Source of the DNA: Turneriella sp.
GTDB lineage: Bacteria > Spirochaetota > Leptospiria > Turneriellales > Turneriellaceae
NCBI GenBank assembly: GCA_965279515.1
Contig: CBDIID010000003.1
Span: 2,976,001 to 3,040,000, forward strand
Reading direction: 5' to 3'
Length of the DNA: 64,000 nt
Below the pieces are notes generated by a model. It was given only the letters and a program-made list of their open reading frames with translations. It made no database searches and was not told the DNA's origin. Below are positions 18,599 to 29,068 of the stretch, in pieces. The number at the start of each line of letters is the position of its first letter. Within the stretch, counting starts at the first letter, position 1. The translations under genes were made by a program, and so were the position numbers.

Positions 18599-19351
18599 AT
18601 GAATATCCGCCTTTTTGGCATCAAATACTCGCCCTGGACCGTTCAGGCCCGCTGGGCCCTCGATCACCACGTTATCCGCTACCACTACACCGAGCACATT
18701 CCCATGATCACGAACCCGCTGATGCGCCTCGCTGCCCGGCGGTTTACTGGAAAGCTGTCGGCGCCCCTGCTCATTACACCCGACCGCGTCTACGACGACT
18801 CGTGGCTGATTGCCACGTATGCAGACCGTATTGGTCACCGTGAAAAACTTATTCCGCTGGATATGGTCGATGAGATTCGCGCATGGCATGATACCTGCGA
18901 CATCGCCAACAAGGCAAACCGTATTATCGCCACCGACGCGACAGCGCACAACGAAGATGCCAAGCGCGAAAATTTACCCGATTTTTTTCCGGAATTTACC
19001 AAGAATGTCCTGACGCCGCTCGCCGATCTGGGTGTGGCCTACCTCGGCATGAAGTATGATTTCCGCCACTCGATCATCGCCGAAGAAAAAAAGAAAACCC
19101 GCGAGGTTCTGAATAAGATCCGCAAGGCTTTAGCCGGTAAGAAATTTATCTACGATCATTTCACTTATGCAGATATTACGGCCGCGGGCACGCTCAACTT
19201 CGTGCGGCCCGTGAGTGATCGCTACGTGCAACTAAAACCGGCAATGCGGGAGGTCTTCACGCAAAACGATCTCGCCAGCGAGTTTGCCGACCTGATCGAA
19301 TGGCGCGACGCTTTATACGCCGACAAACGCGGCGAATCGCACGTGGTGTGA
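18599..19351 (+). CDS. Glutathione S-transferase family protein
   Basis: YSPWTVQARWAL, SAPLL, DDSWLIA and FTYADITAA. Confidence 0.85.
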   Translation: MNIRLFGIKYSPWTVQARWALDHHVIRYHYTEHIPMITNPLMRLAARRFTGKLSAPLLITPDRVYDDSWLIATYADRIGHREKLIPLDMVDEIRAWHDTCDIANKANRIIATDATAHNEDAKRENLPDFFPEFTKNVLTPLADLGVAYLGMKYDFRHSIIAEEKKKTREVLNKIRKALAGKKFIYDHFTYADITAAGTLNFVRPVSDRYVQLKPAMREVFTQNDLASEFADLIEWRDALYADKRGESHVV

Positions 19352-20499
19352 AAACAACGCCCCACCCCCTAACCCCCTCCCCAAGTCTGGGGAGGGGAAA
19401 GCATGGGCTCCCTTCCCCCAGACTTGGGGGAAGGGCCGGGGATAGGGGCGGATTCGGCAGAAATTTTCTGCTTTCTGTGATTATTTTTTCCACAACACTT
19501 TCTCCGGTTTCCTCCGTCAGCGAAATCTATTCCGGCAGCAGAAAGAAGCGGGATGTTGTCCATCCCGACCTGCTCATGCACCATCCGAAAATTACGCCCG
19601 AGTTTTTATCGGCGTTTAAACCGACGCCACTGGACTTTGAAATGGAATGGGTGATCGTCGACCAGAGTGCGCGCAAGTATCCCTCGCAGATCACCGCCGA
19701 TGACCTGAGAAAGGCGCCAACGACCAAACCCCCGGCGCGCGGCGAGAAACCGCGCATCGCCAACCGCGGCGAATTCCTGTGGTCCGAAGGGCCGAACGAT
19801 CTCGCGACTTCCAAAAACAACGAAGGCCTGGCATTCGTGCTGGCGAACGATATGGACCGCGCGCGCGAAATCTTCGAAGAGTTGCGTGCAAAAGAGCCGC
19901 AGTTTTTTCCGGGCCGCTTTAATCTCGGCCGCGTCTACCTCTACTTCAAACAGCACCGCGAGGCGATTGCCGAGTTCGAAAAATGCGCGCAGCTCGTGCC
20001 GCAGTACAGCAAGAACTATTATTACCTGGGCAAGGGGTATGAGCTCGGCGCGCAGCGTGATGCTGCTGACTACAATTACCTGCGCGCCTACCGCTACGAC
20101 ATCTATAACCTCGAATCGCTGGTGGCGCTCGGGGACTCGCTGCTCGAGCAGAAGCGCACGATCGAGGCCCTGAACACATTCAAACACTGCCTGAAGCAGG
20201 ACCAGGGTTTCAATGATGCCCTGATCGGCATGGGTAAAGTCGCGTATACGCTGCGGAAATATTACGATGCGACGCTCTGGTTCCGCAGCGTCGATACGCG
20301 GCGCACATATAAGAAAGAACTGCATTATTATTACGGGGAATCCTCATTTTATGCGCAGGATTACCAGACAGCCTCACGCCAATACCAGACAATGCTTAAT
20401 TTTCCGCAGGACGCCATCTATTCGAAAGTGTCGCTGATTCGGATGCGAAAACGGCTTGAACAGACAAAACGCCTGCTCAATCAGACGGTCGACCAATGA
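19348..20499 (+). CDS. Tetratricopeptide repeat protein
   Basis: Tandem TPRs (FNLGRVY...AIAEF, YYYLGKGY, LVALGDSL, LIGMGKVAY). Probable GTG start at 19348 overlaps the GST stop; the start is uncertain. Confidence 0.85.
   Translation: MKTTPHPLTPSPSLGRGKHGLPSPRLGGRAGDRGGFGRNFLLSVIIFSTTLSPVSSVSEIYSGSRKKRDVVHPDLLMHHPKITPEFLSAFKPTPLDFEMEWVIVDQSARKYPSQITADDLRKAPTTKPPARGEKPRIANRGEFLWSEGPNDLATSKNNEGLAFVLANDMDRAREIFEELRAKEPQFFPGRFNLGRVYLYFKQHREAIAEFEKCAQLVPQYSKNYYYLGKGYELGAQRDAADYNYLRAYRYDIYNLESLVALGDSLLEQKRTIEALNTFKHCLKQDQGFNDALIGMGKVAYTLRKYYDATLWFRSVDTRRTYKKELHYYYGESSFYAQDYQTASRQYQTMLNFPQDAIYSKVSLIRMRKRLEQTKRLLNQTVDQ
19360..19449. repeat. GC-rich REP-like palindromic element (CCCTCCCC...GGGGAGGG family), copy 1
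   Basis: Two hairpins, CCCCTCCCCA..TGGGGAGGGG and CCCTTCCCCCA..TGGGGGAAGGG, inside a C-rich/G-rich outer inverted repeat. Confidence 0.8.
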
Positions 20500-21944
20500 T
20501 TAAGAAGATACTCATCGCTAACCGCGGCGAAATCGCGCGCCGTATCATGCGTACTGCGCATGCCATGGGGATATCCACCGTGGCCATCTATGAAGACGAA
20601 GACAAAACTTCGCTCTACGTGAAAGAAGCCGGTACCGCGCATTTTTTGCCCGCCGGTTTTTTAGATCAGGAGACGATACTCGACATCTGCCGGCGGGAAA
20701 ATGCGGATGCTATCCACCCTGGCTATGGCTTTTTATCAGAGAATGCCGCCTTTGTACGCAAGGTCGAAGCAGCGGGCATCACCTTTATCGGCCCGTCGGC
20801 GGCCGCGATGGACCGCATGGGTGACAAGACTGCGGCACGTCTTGAGGCAAAGGCCGCGAAGGTGCCGCTTTTGCCGGGAGCAGAGCTCGACGATGCCTCG
20901 GGCCTGAAATCTGCAGAGCGAAAAAAAATTGTTCTCGAGGTCGGATTGCCGGTTGTGCTGAAGGCCGCCGCGGGCGGCGGTGGTAAGGCGCAGGCGATCA
21001 TCGAAGAAGAGTCGGAGATTGATGCGGCTTTCGATAAAGTGCTGCGCGAGGCCGATCGGTTATACAAAAGCCAGGCATTGGTGGTCGAACGTTACCTGCT
21101 CGAGGCACGGCACGTCGAGGTACAGATTCTCGGCAATGCCGCAAAAAAGAATTTTTCGCTGTTTGATCGCGACTGCAGCGCGCAGCGCAACAACCAGAAA
21201 ATTATCGAAGAGGCCCCCGCGCCGAATCTGCCCGACAAGGTGCGGGCATCGCTACACGCTTCAGCGGTTCGTCTGGCCGATCATGTGGGTTACGCGAATG
21301 CCGGTACGATGGAATACCTGTATGATCCCAAACGCGAAGAATGTTATTTTCTTGAGATGAACACGCGCCTGCAGGTGGAACATACAGTGACCGAAATGAT
21401 CACGGGACTTGACCTCGTGCGCGAGCAGATTTTGGTTGCGCAGGGTGCGACAACGGATTATTCTGGTTTAAAGATCAATGGGCACGCGATTCAGGCACGC
21501 ATCTGCGCCGAGAAGAGTGATGGCAGCTACCAGCCTTCAACGGGTGAAATTGTGCAGTATATTGAACCTATGGGTTTGGTCCGCATTGATACCGGCATCG
21601 CCGTGGGTTCGGTGGTCTCGGGCAAGTACGACAACATGCTGGCAAAACTCATCGTACACAGCGCCGATCGCGACACAGCGATTCGCCTGCTCGTCGAAAA
21701 ACTCGCAGAATACATTATCAACGGCATTCACACAAATATTCCGCTGCTGCGCCATTTGCTGAAAGATGAAAAATTCCGCGCGGTGACGCATTACACGCGT
21801 TATCTGCAACGCGAGTTCACGCCGCCCGTGAACGACCCCGAACGCGCAGCTTCGATTGCCGCCATCGTGCTCTATGAACTCGAAAAGCGGGAGAGTGAGC
21901 GGCGTTATGGCGCGCTTGCGGGATTTTCCAATACGCGTGCTTAG
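20496..21944 (+). CDS. Biotin carboxylase (acyl-CoA carboxylase alpha-type, no biotinyl domain)
   Basis: KILIANRGEIA, IHPGYGFLSEN, KAAAGGGGK, RDCSAQR and FLEMNTRLQVEH. Confidence 0.95.
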   Translation: MIKKILIANRGEIARRIMRTAHAMGISTVAIYEDEDKTSLYVKEAGTAHFLPAGFLDQETILDICRRENADAIHPGYGFLSENAAFVRKVEAAGITFIGPSAAAMDRMGDKTAARLEAKAAKVPLLPGAELDDASGLKSAERKKIVLEVGLPVVLKAAAGGGGKAQAIIEEESEIDAAFDKVLREADRLYKSQALVVERYLLEARHVEVQILGNAAKKNFSLFDRDCSAQRNNQKIIEEAPAPNLPDKVRASLHASAVRLADHVGYANAGTMEYLYDPKREECYFLEMNTRLQVEHTVTEMITGLDLVREQILVAQGATTDYSGLKINGHAIQARICAEKSDGSYQPSTGEIVQYIEPMGLVRIDTGIAVGSVVSGKYDNMLAKLIVHSADRDTAIRLLVEKLAEYIINGIHTNIPLLRHLLKDEKFRAVTHYTRYLQREFTPPVNDPERAASIAAIVLYELEKRESERRYGALAGFSNTRA

Positions 21945-22542
21945 ATTTTTCGCCGGAATTTGCCCGGCTGTATTTTTGATTTTCTTCGGCTGTGCCACGC
22001 TGGGCAGCGGTGTCGGCGAAATCGATTCGACACCCCTCACCGATGAGTATAAAAAATTTCGCGGCAAGAAGCGTCTGCTCTATATCCAGAATTTTGACAA
22101 CCGCACCTATTCGCCGCAGCTGACGGGAAGGCTGAAGGAGAAGCTACAGTTTGCCTTCGCCCGCAGTGCTTCGCTCAATGTCATCACAGAAAAGAACGAA
22201 GCCGACCTGATACTCTACGGGAAAATTGAGCTTTACGCCGAAGAGCCCGGCGTCTATGACCGGGGATCGATGCCGCTGACTTACAATCTGACGATTATCG
22301 TCTCGACAAGAATGCGCGCGCGCGAGCGGAATATCCCTGCGAAAACCAAAAAAGCCGAAAGCGAATCCGAGTCGATGTATGAGCAGCATGACATCCGCTA
22401 TATGACAAGCTACAATGTCGGCGAACCGCTCTTTGAAACGCGCTACATGGCTGAAGAGCGCATGCTCGACGGCCTCGCCGACCGCATCGTGAATGCGATG
22501 TATGAGCCGGCGAGCCTCAATGCCGGGGAAGTGCAGAAATGA
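21937..22542 (+). CDS. LptE-like lipoprotein
   Basis: Lipobox IFFGC, LYIQNFDNRT, EADLILYGKI and a C-terminal helix LADRIVNA. GTG at 21937 inferred. Confidence 0.6.
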   Translation: MLRFFAGICPAVFLIFFGCATLGSGVGEIDSTPLTDEYKKFRGKKRLLYIQNFDNRTYSPQLTGRLKEKLQFAFARSASLNVITEKNEADLILYGKIELYAEEPGVYDRGSMPLTYNLTIIVSTRMRARERNIPAKTKKAESESESMYEQHDIRYMTSYNVGEPLFETRYMAEERMLDGLADRIVNAMYEPASLNAGEVQK

Positions 22543-23000
22543 TTCTCGCAACCCTGTGTTATGTGCGGGTGGGTGGCAAGACGCTGATGATGCACCGGAA
22601 CAAGCGGGCCGACGATGTGCATTTGGGAAAATACAACGGGCTCGGCGGCAAGTTCGAACCGGGCGAGTCCCCTGAAGAGTGTGTGATCCGCGAGGTGCTG
22701 GAAGAGAGCAATCTGACGATTGAGCCCCACTTGCGGGGAGTCCTGACCTTTCCGCAGTTCGCGAAGGGCCGTGACTGGTATTGCTTTCTCTATACTGCGG
22801 AAAAATATTCGGGCGAAGTGAAAAAAGAATGCCCCGAAGGCGACCTGGTTTGGGTGCCCAATGAAGAAGTTTTGAAGCTTCCGCTGTGGCCGGGAGATAA
22901 GATTTTTCTCAAATGGTTAGAGCAGCCGAAGTTTTTTTCGGCGAAGTTTACGTATGAGAAGGGCAATCTCGTAGATCATGAGGTAACCTTTTATGATTAG
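22539..23000 (+). CDS. NUDIX hydrolase, 8-oxo-dGTP diphosphatase (MTH1/MutT-like)
   Basis: YNGLGGKFEPGESPEECVIREVLEESNL Nudix box, plus LWPGD. Confidence 0.92.
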   Translation: MILATLCYVRVGGKTLMMHRNKRADDVHLGKYNGLGGKFEPGESPEECVIREVLEESNLTIEPHLRGVLTFPQFAKGRDWYCFLYTAEKYSGEVKKECPEGDLVWVPNEEVLKLPLWPGDKIFLKWLEQPKFFSAKFTYEKGNLVDHEVTFYD

Positions 23001-23021
23001 ATCGACTGGCTTGTATGCCAA

Positions 23022-23077
23022 ACCCCACCCCGCCTCTGGCACCCCTCCCCTAATAGGGGAGGGGTTGGGGGAGGGGT
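23022..23077. repeat. REP-like palindromic element, copy 2 (single hairpin)
   Basis: ACCCCTCCCCTA-A-TAGGGGAGGGGT hairpin, flanked by CCCCACCCC and GGGGGAGGGG. Confidence 0.75.
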
Positions 23078-23078
23078 A

Positions 23079-24380
23079 ATGTCCGAACAGGAAAAACTCA
23101 CGACCTCGGCATTCGGCCGCTTTCTCAAAATGGGCGCCCTCGCCGGCCGGGTCGGCTTTTCACTTGTGGGTGAAAAAGCGCTCGGTCTCTTTCTCAGCGA
23201 AGATTCGCACGAGATGCGCATGGCAAAATCCTGGGCAAAGAATGCCGAAAAAATTGCCGAGACTTTGGGCCGCCTCAAGGGTGGTGCGATGAAGATCGGC
23301 CAGATGCTTTCGGTTCAAGAGGCGCTCCTGCCTAAAGAACTGACTTTCGTGCTGAAGAGCCTGCAACGCAATGCACCCACGGTTGCAGCGAACGTGATGT
23401 TCGAGACGCTCGACGGGGATATCCCGCACTGGAAAAGCCTCGTGCGTGAAATCGATCACAAACCCCTCGCAGCGGCGTCGATCGGGCAGGTGCACCGCGC
23501 AGTCATGAACGACGGCCGCGAAGTCGCCGTGAAGATACAATATCCTAAAATCGACCAGGTGATTTTTTCCGATCTCAAGAATCTCCGTCGTTTGTTTGAG
23601 ATGATCCTGGAGACGGTCATGTCGTCTAACCTCGACCACCTGTTTGCCGAAATCGAAAGCCGTTTGAGTGAAGAGGTGGATTACCGCCGCGAGGCGAAGC
23701 GGATTGAAGAGTTCCGCGCCTTCTATGCCCCGCGTGAAGACGTGCTTATACCCGAACTGGTGCCCGAGCTTTCGTCGCAGCGCGTTCTGACCACAGCGCT
23801 GACTCTCGGCCTTTCGATCGAAGAAGCCCGCACGCACGACCAGGGCCGCAAAGACGAATGGGGCAAGCTGCTGTTTCGGGCACTGGTCGAGCAGTTGCTG
23901 GTTTTCCGGAAATTGCAGTCCGATCCGAATCCAGCCAATTACGCCTTCTGCGCCGATGGCAAGATTATCCTCTACGATTTTGGCAGCATAAAGGAACTAC
24001 CAGACTGGCTGCACGGCGGTTATATGGATGTGCTCGCGGCCTGCCGCGAAGACCGTTTTGGCGATATCCGCGACATTGCCACGCGCATGCATGTGAGCAT
24101 GAAGAACGGCGACCCGGTGCCGCAAAAACATGTGGATCTATTCCACGAAGCGCTGGCGCCCGTGTTCGTGGAACGGCCGTATCGTTTTAACACCGAACGC
24201 GATCCGATCAAGAAAATTGTCGCCTTCAACCGCGAGAATTTCAACGAATTGAAGGATATCACGTTTCCGGGCGATGTGCTGTTTATCGACCGCGCCATCG
24301 TTGGCCTCGTTGGTAACCTTACTGCGCTGGGCGCCGAAGCAAACTGGACCGATGAACTGACGGCGGCGCTGAACGCCTGA
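23079..24380 (+). CDS. ABC1/UbiB (AarF) atypical kinase
   Basis: LKGGAMKIGQ, AAASIGQVH, VAVKIQYP, DPNPAN and DFG. Confidence 0.93.
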   Translation: MSEQEKLTTSAFGRFLKMGALAGRVGFSLVGEKALGLFLSEDSHEMRMAKSWAKNAEKIAETLGRLKGGAMKIGQMLSVQEALLPKELTFVLKSLQRNAPTVAANVMFETLDGDIPHWKSLVREIDHKPLAAASIGQVHRAVMNDGREVAVKIQYPKIDQVIFSDLKNLRRLFEMILETVMSSNLDHLFAEIESRLSEEVDYRREAKRIEEFRAFYAPREDVLIPELVPELSSQRVLTTALTLGLSIEEARTHDQGRKDEWGKLLFRALVEQLLVFRKLQSDPNPANYAFCADGKIILYDFGSIKELPDWLHGGYMDVLAACREDRFGDIRDIATRMHVSMKNGDPVPQKHVDLFHEALAPVFVERPYRFNTERDPIKKIVAFNRENFNELKDITFPGDVLFIDRAIVGLVGNLTALGAEANWTDELTAALNA

Positions 24381-26588
24381 TTATTTTTTCAGGTTCTTTT
24401 TCAGGTACGTGTAATATTTCACTTCGAGCGTGTTGATCAGGTAACGGTAGAATTCCTGCTCGAATTCCTTAAGGTTTGGCTTAAAGATCTGCCGGTATTC
24501 TTCGGCAATTTTCGTGCGTGTCTGGTCATTGGCGAAATCTTTATAATTGATGTAGAGCGCGGGAGGCACCTTGTTCAGTGATTTCTTCACAATCTCCGTC
24601 GGGATAACGATACACACAGCGTCTTCACGCAGCGCCTCGTAAGTCGCCTCTTCGAGTGCCCGACCTTCAAGACCCGCGAGTTCGGGAACGCTCTTCTTGA
24701 TTTCGGGCGCGGCCATCTTGACCTTTTTCTGAAACTCATCTTCGGTGAGTACACGCTCCGAATGCCGCTGCGGAGTGAACGGGAAGACCATCGCCGAGCC
24801 ATAGGTGGCGATTTTCTGCTTGGTGATGGCTGCCTGCTCTTGCATCTGCTTCGCGGCGGAGTCGAATGCCGCCGAGCTGTCGGCAGAGGGAGCCTGCTCT
24901 GACAACACGCTCTTTGTCTTATGCTTCGGCTGAAAATTAAAGCGGTAGAATGCCAGAACCGATACCAGGGTCAGCGGGAAAACCAGCCAGAACAGCTGTG
25001 TCGAATAGAACATCGCCGCCGCAAATAGGATCGCCGAAATCAGCGAAACCAGGATTCCCTGCGGCAAATTATAACGATTCGCCCGGTGTTCCAGCTGTTT
25101 CGATTCCGTATGTTTGTTGAGGTTGTGTGCGCGCAGCTGCGACAGGTTGATACGCTCTTCGGCAGAGAGTCCCTGGTCGAGTGCCGGATCTTTGCGTTTC
25201 GCCAGTTGTTCATAGATCTGGCTGGCTATCTCAAAACGCTCTGCGGCACCCGCATCGGTTTTCATCTGCCGGCTGAGGTTTTCGAGCACCGAGCTCATAT
25301 GCTTCTGGTCGACGAAATAGTACAGGTTCGAGCCGTCGCTGGATGAAACCTTATAAGAACCGAAGCGGGTAGTCAGGCGCTTTTCAAAATCATTTTCCAT
25401 CGTCATGGCCTGCGCTTCGTCTTTGACCGCGCGCAGAATTTCGCGGCGCAGATCTATCTGGAAGAGATCGAGATTTTGTTTGGTATGCGACTGGATCATG
25501 TTCTCGATCTTCTGCAGCAGGTTGTCCACACCCTGTTGCTGTTTGCGGCTCACGAGCCGGTCTTTTTTTTCGATGAGCACACCCAGCCATGACAGCAAGT
25601 CGTTCATCTTTTCGCGTATGGAGTTATTCTCTTTGTCCTGGATACGGTCGTAGGGATACTGCTGCGCGAGCTGCATCAAAGCATCAACTTTTTCCTTATT
25701 TTGCTTCCGGCCCGGCTCGGCCGTGACGACATGCGCGGCCCGAAAACTTTCCAGCTGCGCGACATACGCCGCAGCCCCGCCCTTTTTAGCCTTGTCGTAG
25801 AGTACGTTGAGGACGAATTTTTCGAGCCCGTCGGCGAGCACGCGGTAATGGCGTATGACTTCCGGCACGCGCGCATAGTTGCCCGTCTCATCGAGCATCA
25901 GCTGGTCGATGACGATATGGTAGCGGTCGCCAATACGATCGACGAGATCGGAGGATCGGGAAAAAAAACTACGCAGGTCTTCGAAGAAGTCGGGTATCTC
26001 GATATAGGGCAGTTGCAGTTTGTCGTAGCTTTTCTTCAGAAGCCGGCGGAAATCATACTCAAGCGAAAAGAAATCCGGATAAAAACGTGCACCCTTGCTG
26101 CCGTCGAGTTTGATCAGCGCCGCACCCGGATCTTCTTCTTCGATCTCTGTGGGTTTCGCGCGCTTCGCTTCGAGCAGCGAACGGATCAGCGGCTCAGATT
26201 TAGCGATCGCAGCACGCCGCAGCGGCCCGGCATCGCGCACTGCGCTTTGATTTTTGGGGGGATAAAACAAAAACAGCTGGAACGCGGGTTTAGAATGGTG
26301 TGAGACGAGCATCGGGTAGAGATAGGCGATGCGGTTCTTGCCGCCGTTCTGCATGTCGGTAACTTTTTTGATCGCACTTTCAAGTGCATTCGCGTTGGCG
26401 ACCGAGACATGGTCGAGTGCGAGATAATATGTCGGGTCGTTAACTCCGACTTTTTTTTGCTCGATGAAGCGCAGCTTCTCGTCGAGCTTCGCCATGATTT
26501 CCATGTCGGCGCTGTTCGGCGCGGTCAGCGAAGAGCGGTCCTGAACAACAATGGCACTCTGTGAATATTCTGAAGGTCCGTCTTCCAT
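24381..26588 (-). CDS. Large hypothetical protein, mostly helical, with two TM helices near the C-terminus
   Basis: 735-aa ORF with a hydrophobic hairpin at about residues 512-552. Confidence 0.8.
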   Translation of the reverse strand: MEDGPSEYSQSAIVVQDRSSLTAPNSADMEIMAKLDEKLRFIEQKKVGVNDPTYYLALDHVSVANANALESAIKKVTDMQNGGKNRIAYLYPMLVSHHSKPAFQLFLFYPPKNQSAVRDAGPLRRAAIAKSEPLIRSLLEAKRAKPTEIEEEDPGAALIKLDGSKGARFYPDFFSLEYDFRRLLKKSYDKLQLPYIEIPDFFEDLRSFFSRSSDLVDRIGDRYHIVIDQLMLDETGNYARVPEVIRHYRVLADGLEKFVLNVLYDKAKKGGAAAYVAQLESFRAAHVVTAEPGRKQNKEKVDALMQLAQQYPYDRIQDKENNSIREKMNDLLSWLGVLIEKKDRLVSRKQQQGVDNLLQKIENMIQSHTKQNLDLFQIDLRREILRAVKDEAQAMTMENDFEKRLTTRFGSYKVSSSDGSNLYYFVDQKHMSSVLENLSRQMKTDAGAAERFEIASQIYEQLAKRKDPALDQGLSAEERINLSQLRAHNLNKHTESKQLEHRANRYNLPQGILVSLISAILFAAAMFYSTQLFWLVFPLTLVSVLAFYRFNFQPKHKTKSVLSEQAPSADSSAAFDSAAKQMQEQAAITKQKIATYGSAMVFPFTPQRHSERVLTEDEFQKKVKMAAPEIKKSVPELAGLEGRALEEATYEALREDAVCIVIPTEIVKKSLNKVPPALYINYKDFANDQTRTKIAEEYRQIFKPNLKEFEQEFYRYLINTLEVKYYTYLKKNLKK

Positions 26589-26649
26589 GGGCTAGGCGTT
26601 TTTTTGCCGTGCACATAAGCGGCAAATTTGAAAACAACGTCAAGGCAAT

Positions 26650-27174
26650 TCAATGTTTCGGGGTGTTTGCCGCGCCGCCGTTGAGAGAGCGGCAGGCCTC
26701 GTCCACGGTGGCTATCCGCCCCTGATTGCGTGAAGAATGCGAGGCAAGACCTGCCAAAGCTACCCCAAGGCCCGATTGGCCACCCCAGACAACATCCGTG
26801 AGCTTCGGGTGGCGTGTTTCGTCGTAACGGAAAATGAAGTAGTAGTGACTCGTGTCAGGCAGTTTTATCAGGCGGAAGTCCCAAAACGAGTCATAATAAA
26901 AAGCGGCGTGGGCGCAAAAAGATGCACCGGAAAAATCGGGTAAGCGTTCTAACCCAGGTTCCGTAACCCTGATGGTGTTTTTCTCCCGGCTGATAGCACG
27001 CAGGGTTTCGAAAAGGCTCTGGGTCGCTTCTGGCTGAAGTTCTGCGACGGGCGCAAAGGCAGTGAAATTGTCGGCTTTCGCGGCGGCATAGAGCTGTCGG
27101 ATTTTCCGCTCATGCGCCGAAGCGCAGCCGATTACGATGATGGCGCAGAGGGCGCTTGCAGGCAAGAATCGCAT
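26650..27174 (-). CDS. Hypothetical lipoprotein
   Basis: Signal ending IVIGC. Confidence 0.65.
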   Translation of the reverse strand: MRFLPASALCAIIVIGCASAHERKIRQLYAAAKADNFTAFAPVAELQPEATQSLFETLRAISREKNTIRVTEPGLERLPDFSGASFCAHAAFYYDSFWDFRLIKLPDTSHYYFIFRYDETRHPKLTDVVWGGQSGLGVALAGLASHSSRNQGRIATVDEACRSLNGGAANTPKH

Positions 27175-27258
27175 TGCTTACCCGATGGGGCCGCCGCTCT
27201 ACCTCCGTCAACAATATACACTTGCGCCGCCACGCGGCCCGGTTAAACCGGCTGAGGC

Positions 27259-28512
27259 ATGAACTACAACAGGCTGAAAAAAGAAACAGATCTCTGGGTC
27301 GCGGAAAACCTGATTACCGCTGCGCAGGCGGAAAAGATTCTCGCGCGCTATTCGGGGGAAGTGCCCGCTTACAAACGCATGAGCTTTTGGCTCAAATGCG
27401 TCGCCGGAATACTCGGCGGCCTGGCGTTTTTTCTCGTCATCTCAGAAAACTGGCAACGCATGGGCTGGCTGACACAGTCACTCGTCGCCGCATTGCCGCT
27501 TTTAGGTGCGCAGCTTTACGCGATCTGGCAGGAGAAAAAAGGCAATATGCTCGCTGCAGAGGTGGCATGGCTTCTGGCGTCACTGGGGCTGGGCGCCAAT
27601 ATCATGCTGCAGGCGCAGATCTTCCACATCAGCGCCTACTATCCGAACGGAGTACTGTTCTGGGTTATCGGTATTCTGCCGGTCATGCTGTGGCGCGCGA
27701 GCACCGTGAATTTCTTACTCGCGGCGGTTTTATTTTTTACCTATCTCATGATGCAGTTAACGCATCACCAGTTCTCTTTTATTTCGTTGTTACCCCTGGC
27801 AGCGCTCACCTGGTTCACCTGGTCGCGGCAGCATGTCTACACGGTGTTGCCTTTGCTCTGGATCGTCTATATGTTTCTCGCAACGATTCTCGAAAAATGG
27901 GGCGCTCACCAAAAGGGCATCGTCTGGGACTTCACGATGCTGATTTTTGCCACGGCATTTCTGCAGCAATTTGCGAGACTTAAAGAAGACTGGCTGCGCC
28001 GCATTCTCTGCCTGGCATTCGGATTAACGGCGTTTCTGAACATGCTTTTGACCTTCAGTTTTTTTGCCCACCGTGTGCATATTGGCTCGGATTCCGTCGT
28101 GGCGCTGGCCATCGTCGGTATCTCGTTCCTTTCACTCATTCTCGCGCGCAACACACTGCGTTTTCCGGCAATCACCTGGCTTACGGTTGCGAATATTCTT
28201 GTGATTCTCGTTTGCGTGACGGCGCAGAGTTACCTCATCAGGGAAAAAGAGGCCGAAGATCACCCGCATTATTTTATGCGGATCGCCGCAAACCTGGTTT
28301 ACCTCGGCTCGACGGTTTTTTTGCTTTTCCGGGCGATCCGCTTGCGCGAGAAATCGGTATTCATGATCTCGGTGGGAATGTTCCTGCTCTGGGCGCTTAT
28401 CCGTTATATAGACCTCTTCAAGAATTATCTCATCACAGCGCTGATTTTTGCACTGTCGGCGCTGGCACTGGTGCTTTTAAACCGGCTGTGGGAGAAAAAA
28501 TATGAAAAATAA
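27259..28512 (+). CDS. DUF2157 membrane protein
   Basis: WVAENLITAAQAEKI, ISENWQ, LGANIMLQAQIFHI and many TM helices. Confidence 0.88.
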   Translation: MNYNRLKKETDLWVAENLITAAQAEKILARYSGEVPAYKRMSFWLKCVAGILGGLAFFLVISENWQRMGWLTQSLVAALPLLGAQLYAIWQEKKGNMLAAEVAWLLASLGLGANIMLQAQIFHISAYYPNGVLFWVIGILPVMLWRASTVNFLLAAVLFFTYLMMQLTHHQFSFISLLPLAALTWFTWSRQHVYTVLPLLWIVYMFLATILEKWGAHQKGIVWDFTMLIFATAFLQQFARLKEDWLRRILCLAFGLTAFLNMLLTFSFFAHRVHIGSDSVVALAIVGISFLSLILARNTLRFPAITWLTVANILVILVCVTAQSYLIREKEAEDHPHYFMRIAANLVYLGSTVFLLFRAIRLREKSVFMISVGMFLLWALIRYIDLFKNYLITALIFALSALALVLLNRLWEKKYEK

Positions 28513-29068
28513 TATGTGGAGCCGCATCACTCTCGCCGTAGTTCCCTGGCTGATTCTCGCGGGCATGGTGATCGGCGCCTACCTGCCGGTTTTCCGCGGG
28601 CAGAAATACCTGCTGCCGGTCATTCCGCGCGATCCGCGGGATTTCTTTCGTGGCAACTATGTTGACCTGCAATACGAGTTTTCGAATCTCAGCCGCGAGA
28701 ACATCCACATGGGTGTTGATCCTGAAAAAATCTACCGCTTTGGTGACCAGCTGTTCCTCGATCTGAAAAAAGAAAATGATTCCCTGAAGGCGGTGGGCCT
28801 TTACGACAGCGCGGAAAAGGCGAAGAACATCAGGCTCAAGGTGCAGCCGCGCTGGAACCTGGAAAAAGGCAACATTGTTTTCGATCTGGTGACGGGTCTC
28901 GAATCGTATTTTGCCCCTAAAGAGGCGGCCGAAGAGTGGGAAAAAGCTTTGCGCGAGCGCCTGGTTTTTGCCGAAGTCGCCATCGATGCTGGCGGTAATG
29001 CCCGGCTGACACGGCTGGTCAAAAAAGAGAAACCGGTACCAGCAAAAAAAACTGAGGATGAACAATAA
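28502..29068 (+). CDS. GDYXXLXY-domain protein
   Basis: PRDPRDFFRGNYVDLQY and GLESYF. This family usually partners DUF2157. Confidence 0.88.
   Translation: MKNNMWSRITLAVVPWLILAGMVIGAYLPVFRGQKYLLPVIPRDPRDFFRGNYVDLQYEFSNLSRENIHMGVDPEKIYRFGDQLFLDLKKENDSLKAVGLYDSAEKAKNIRLKVQPRWNLEKGNIVFDLVTGLESYFAPKEAAEEWEKALRERLVFAEVAIDAGGNARLTRLVKKEKPVPAKKTEDEQ

Noticed and set aside
20496..21944. Assigning accC, pccA or mccA
   Set aside because: The biotin carboxylase family is clear, but no carboxyltransferase or biotin-carrier gene is adjacent to fix its specificity.
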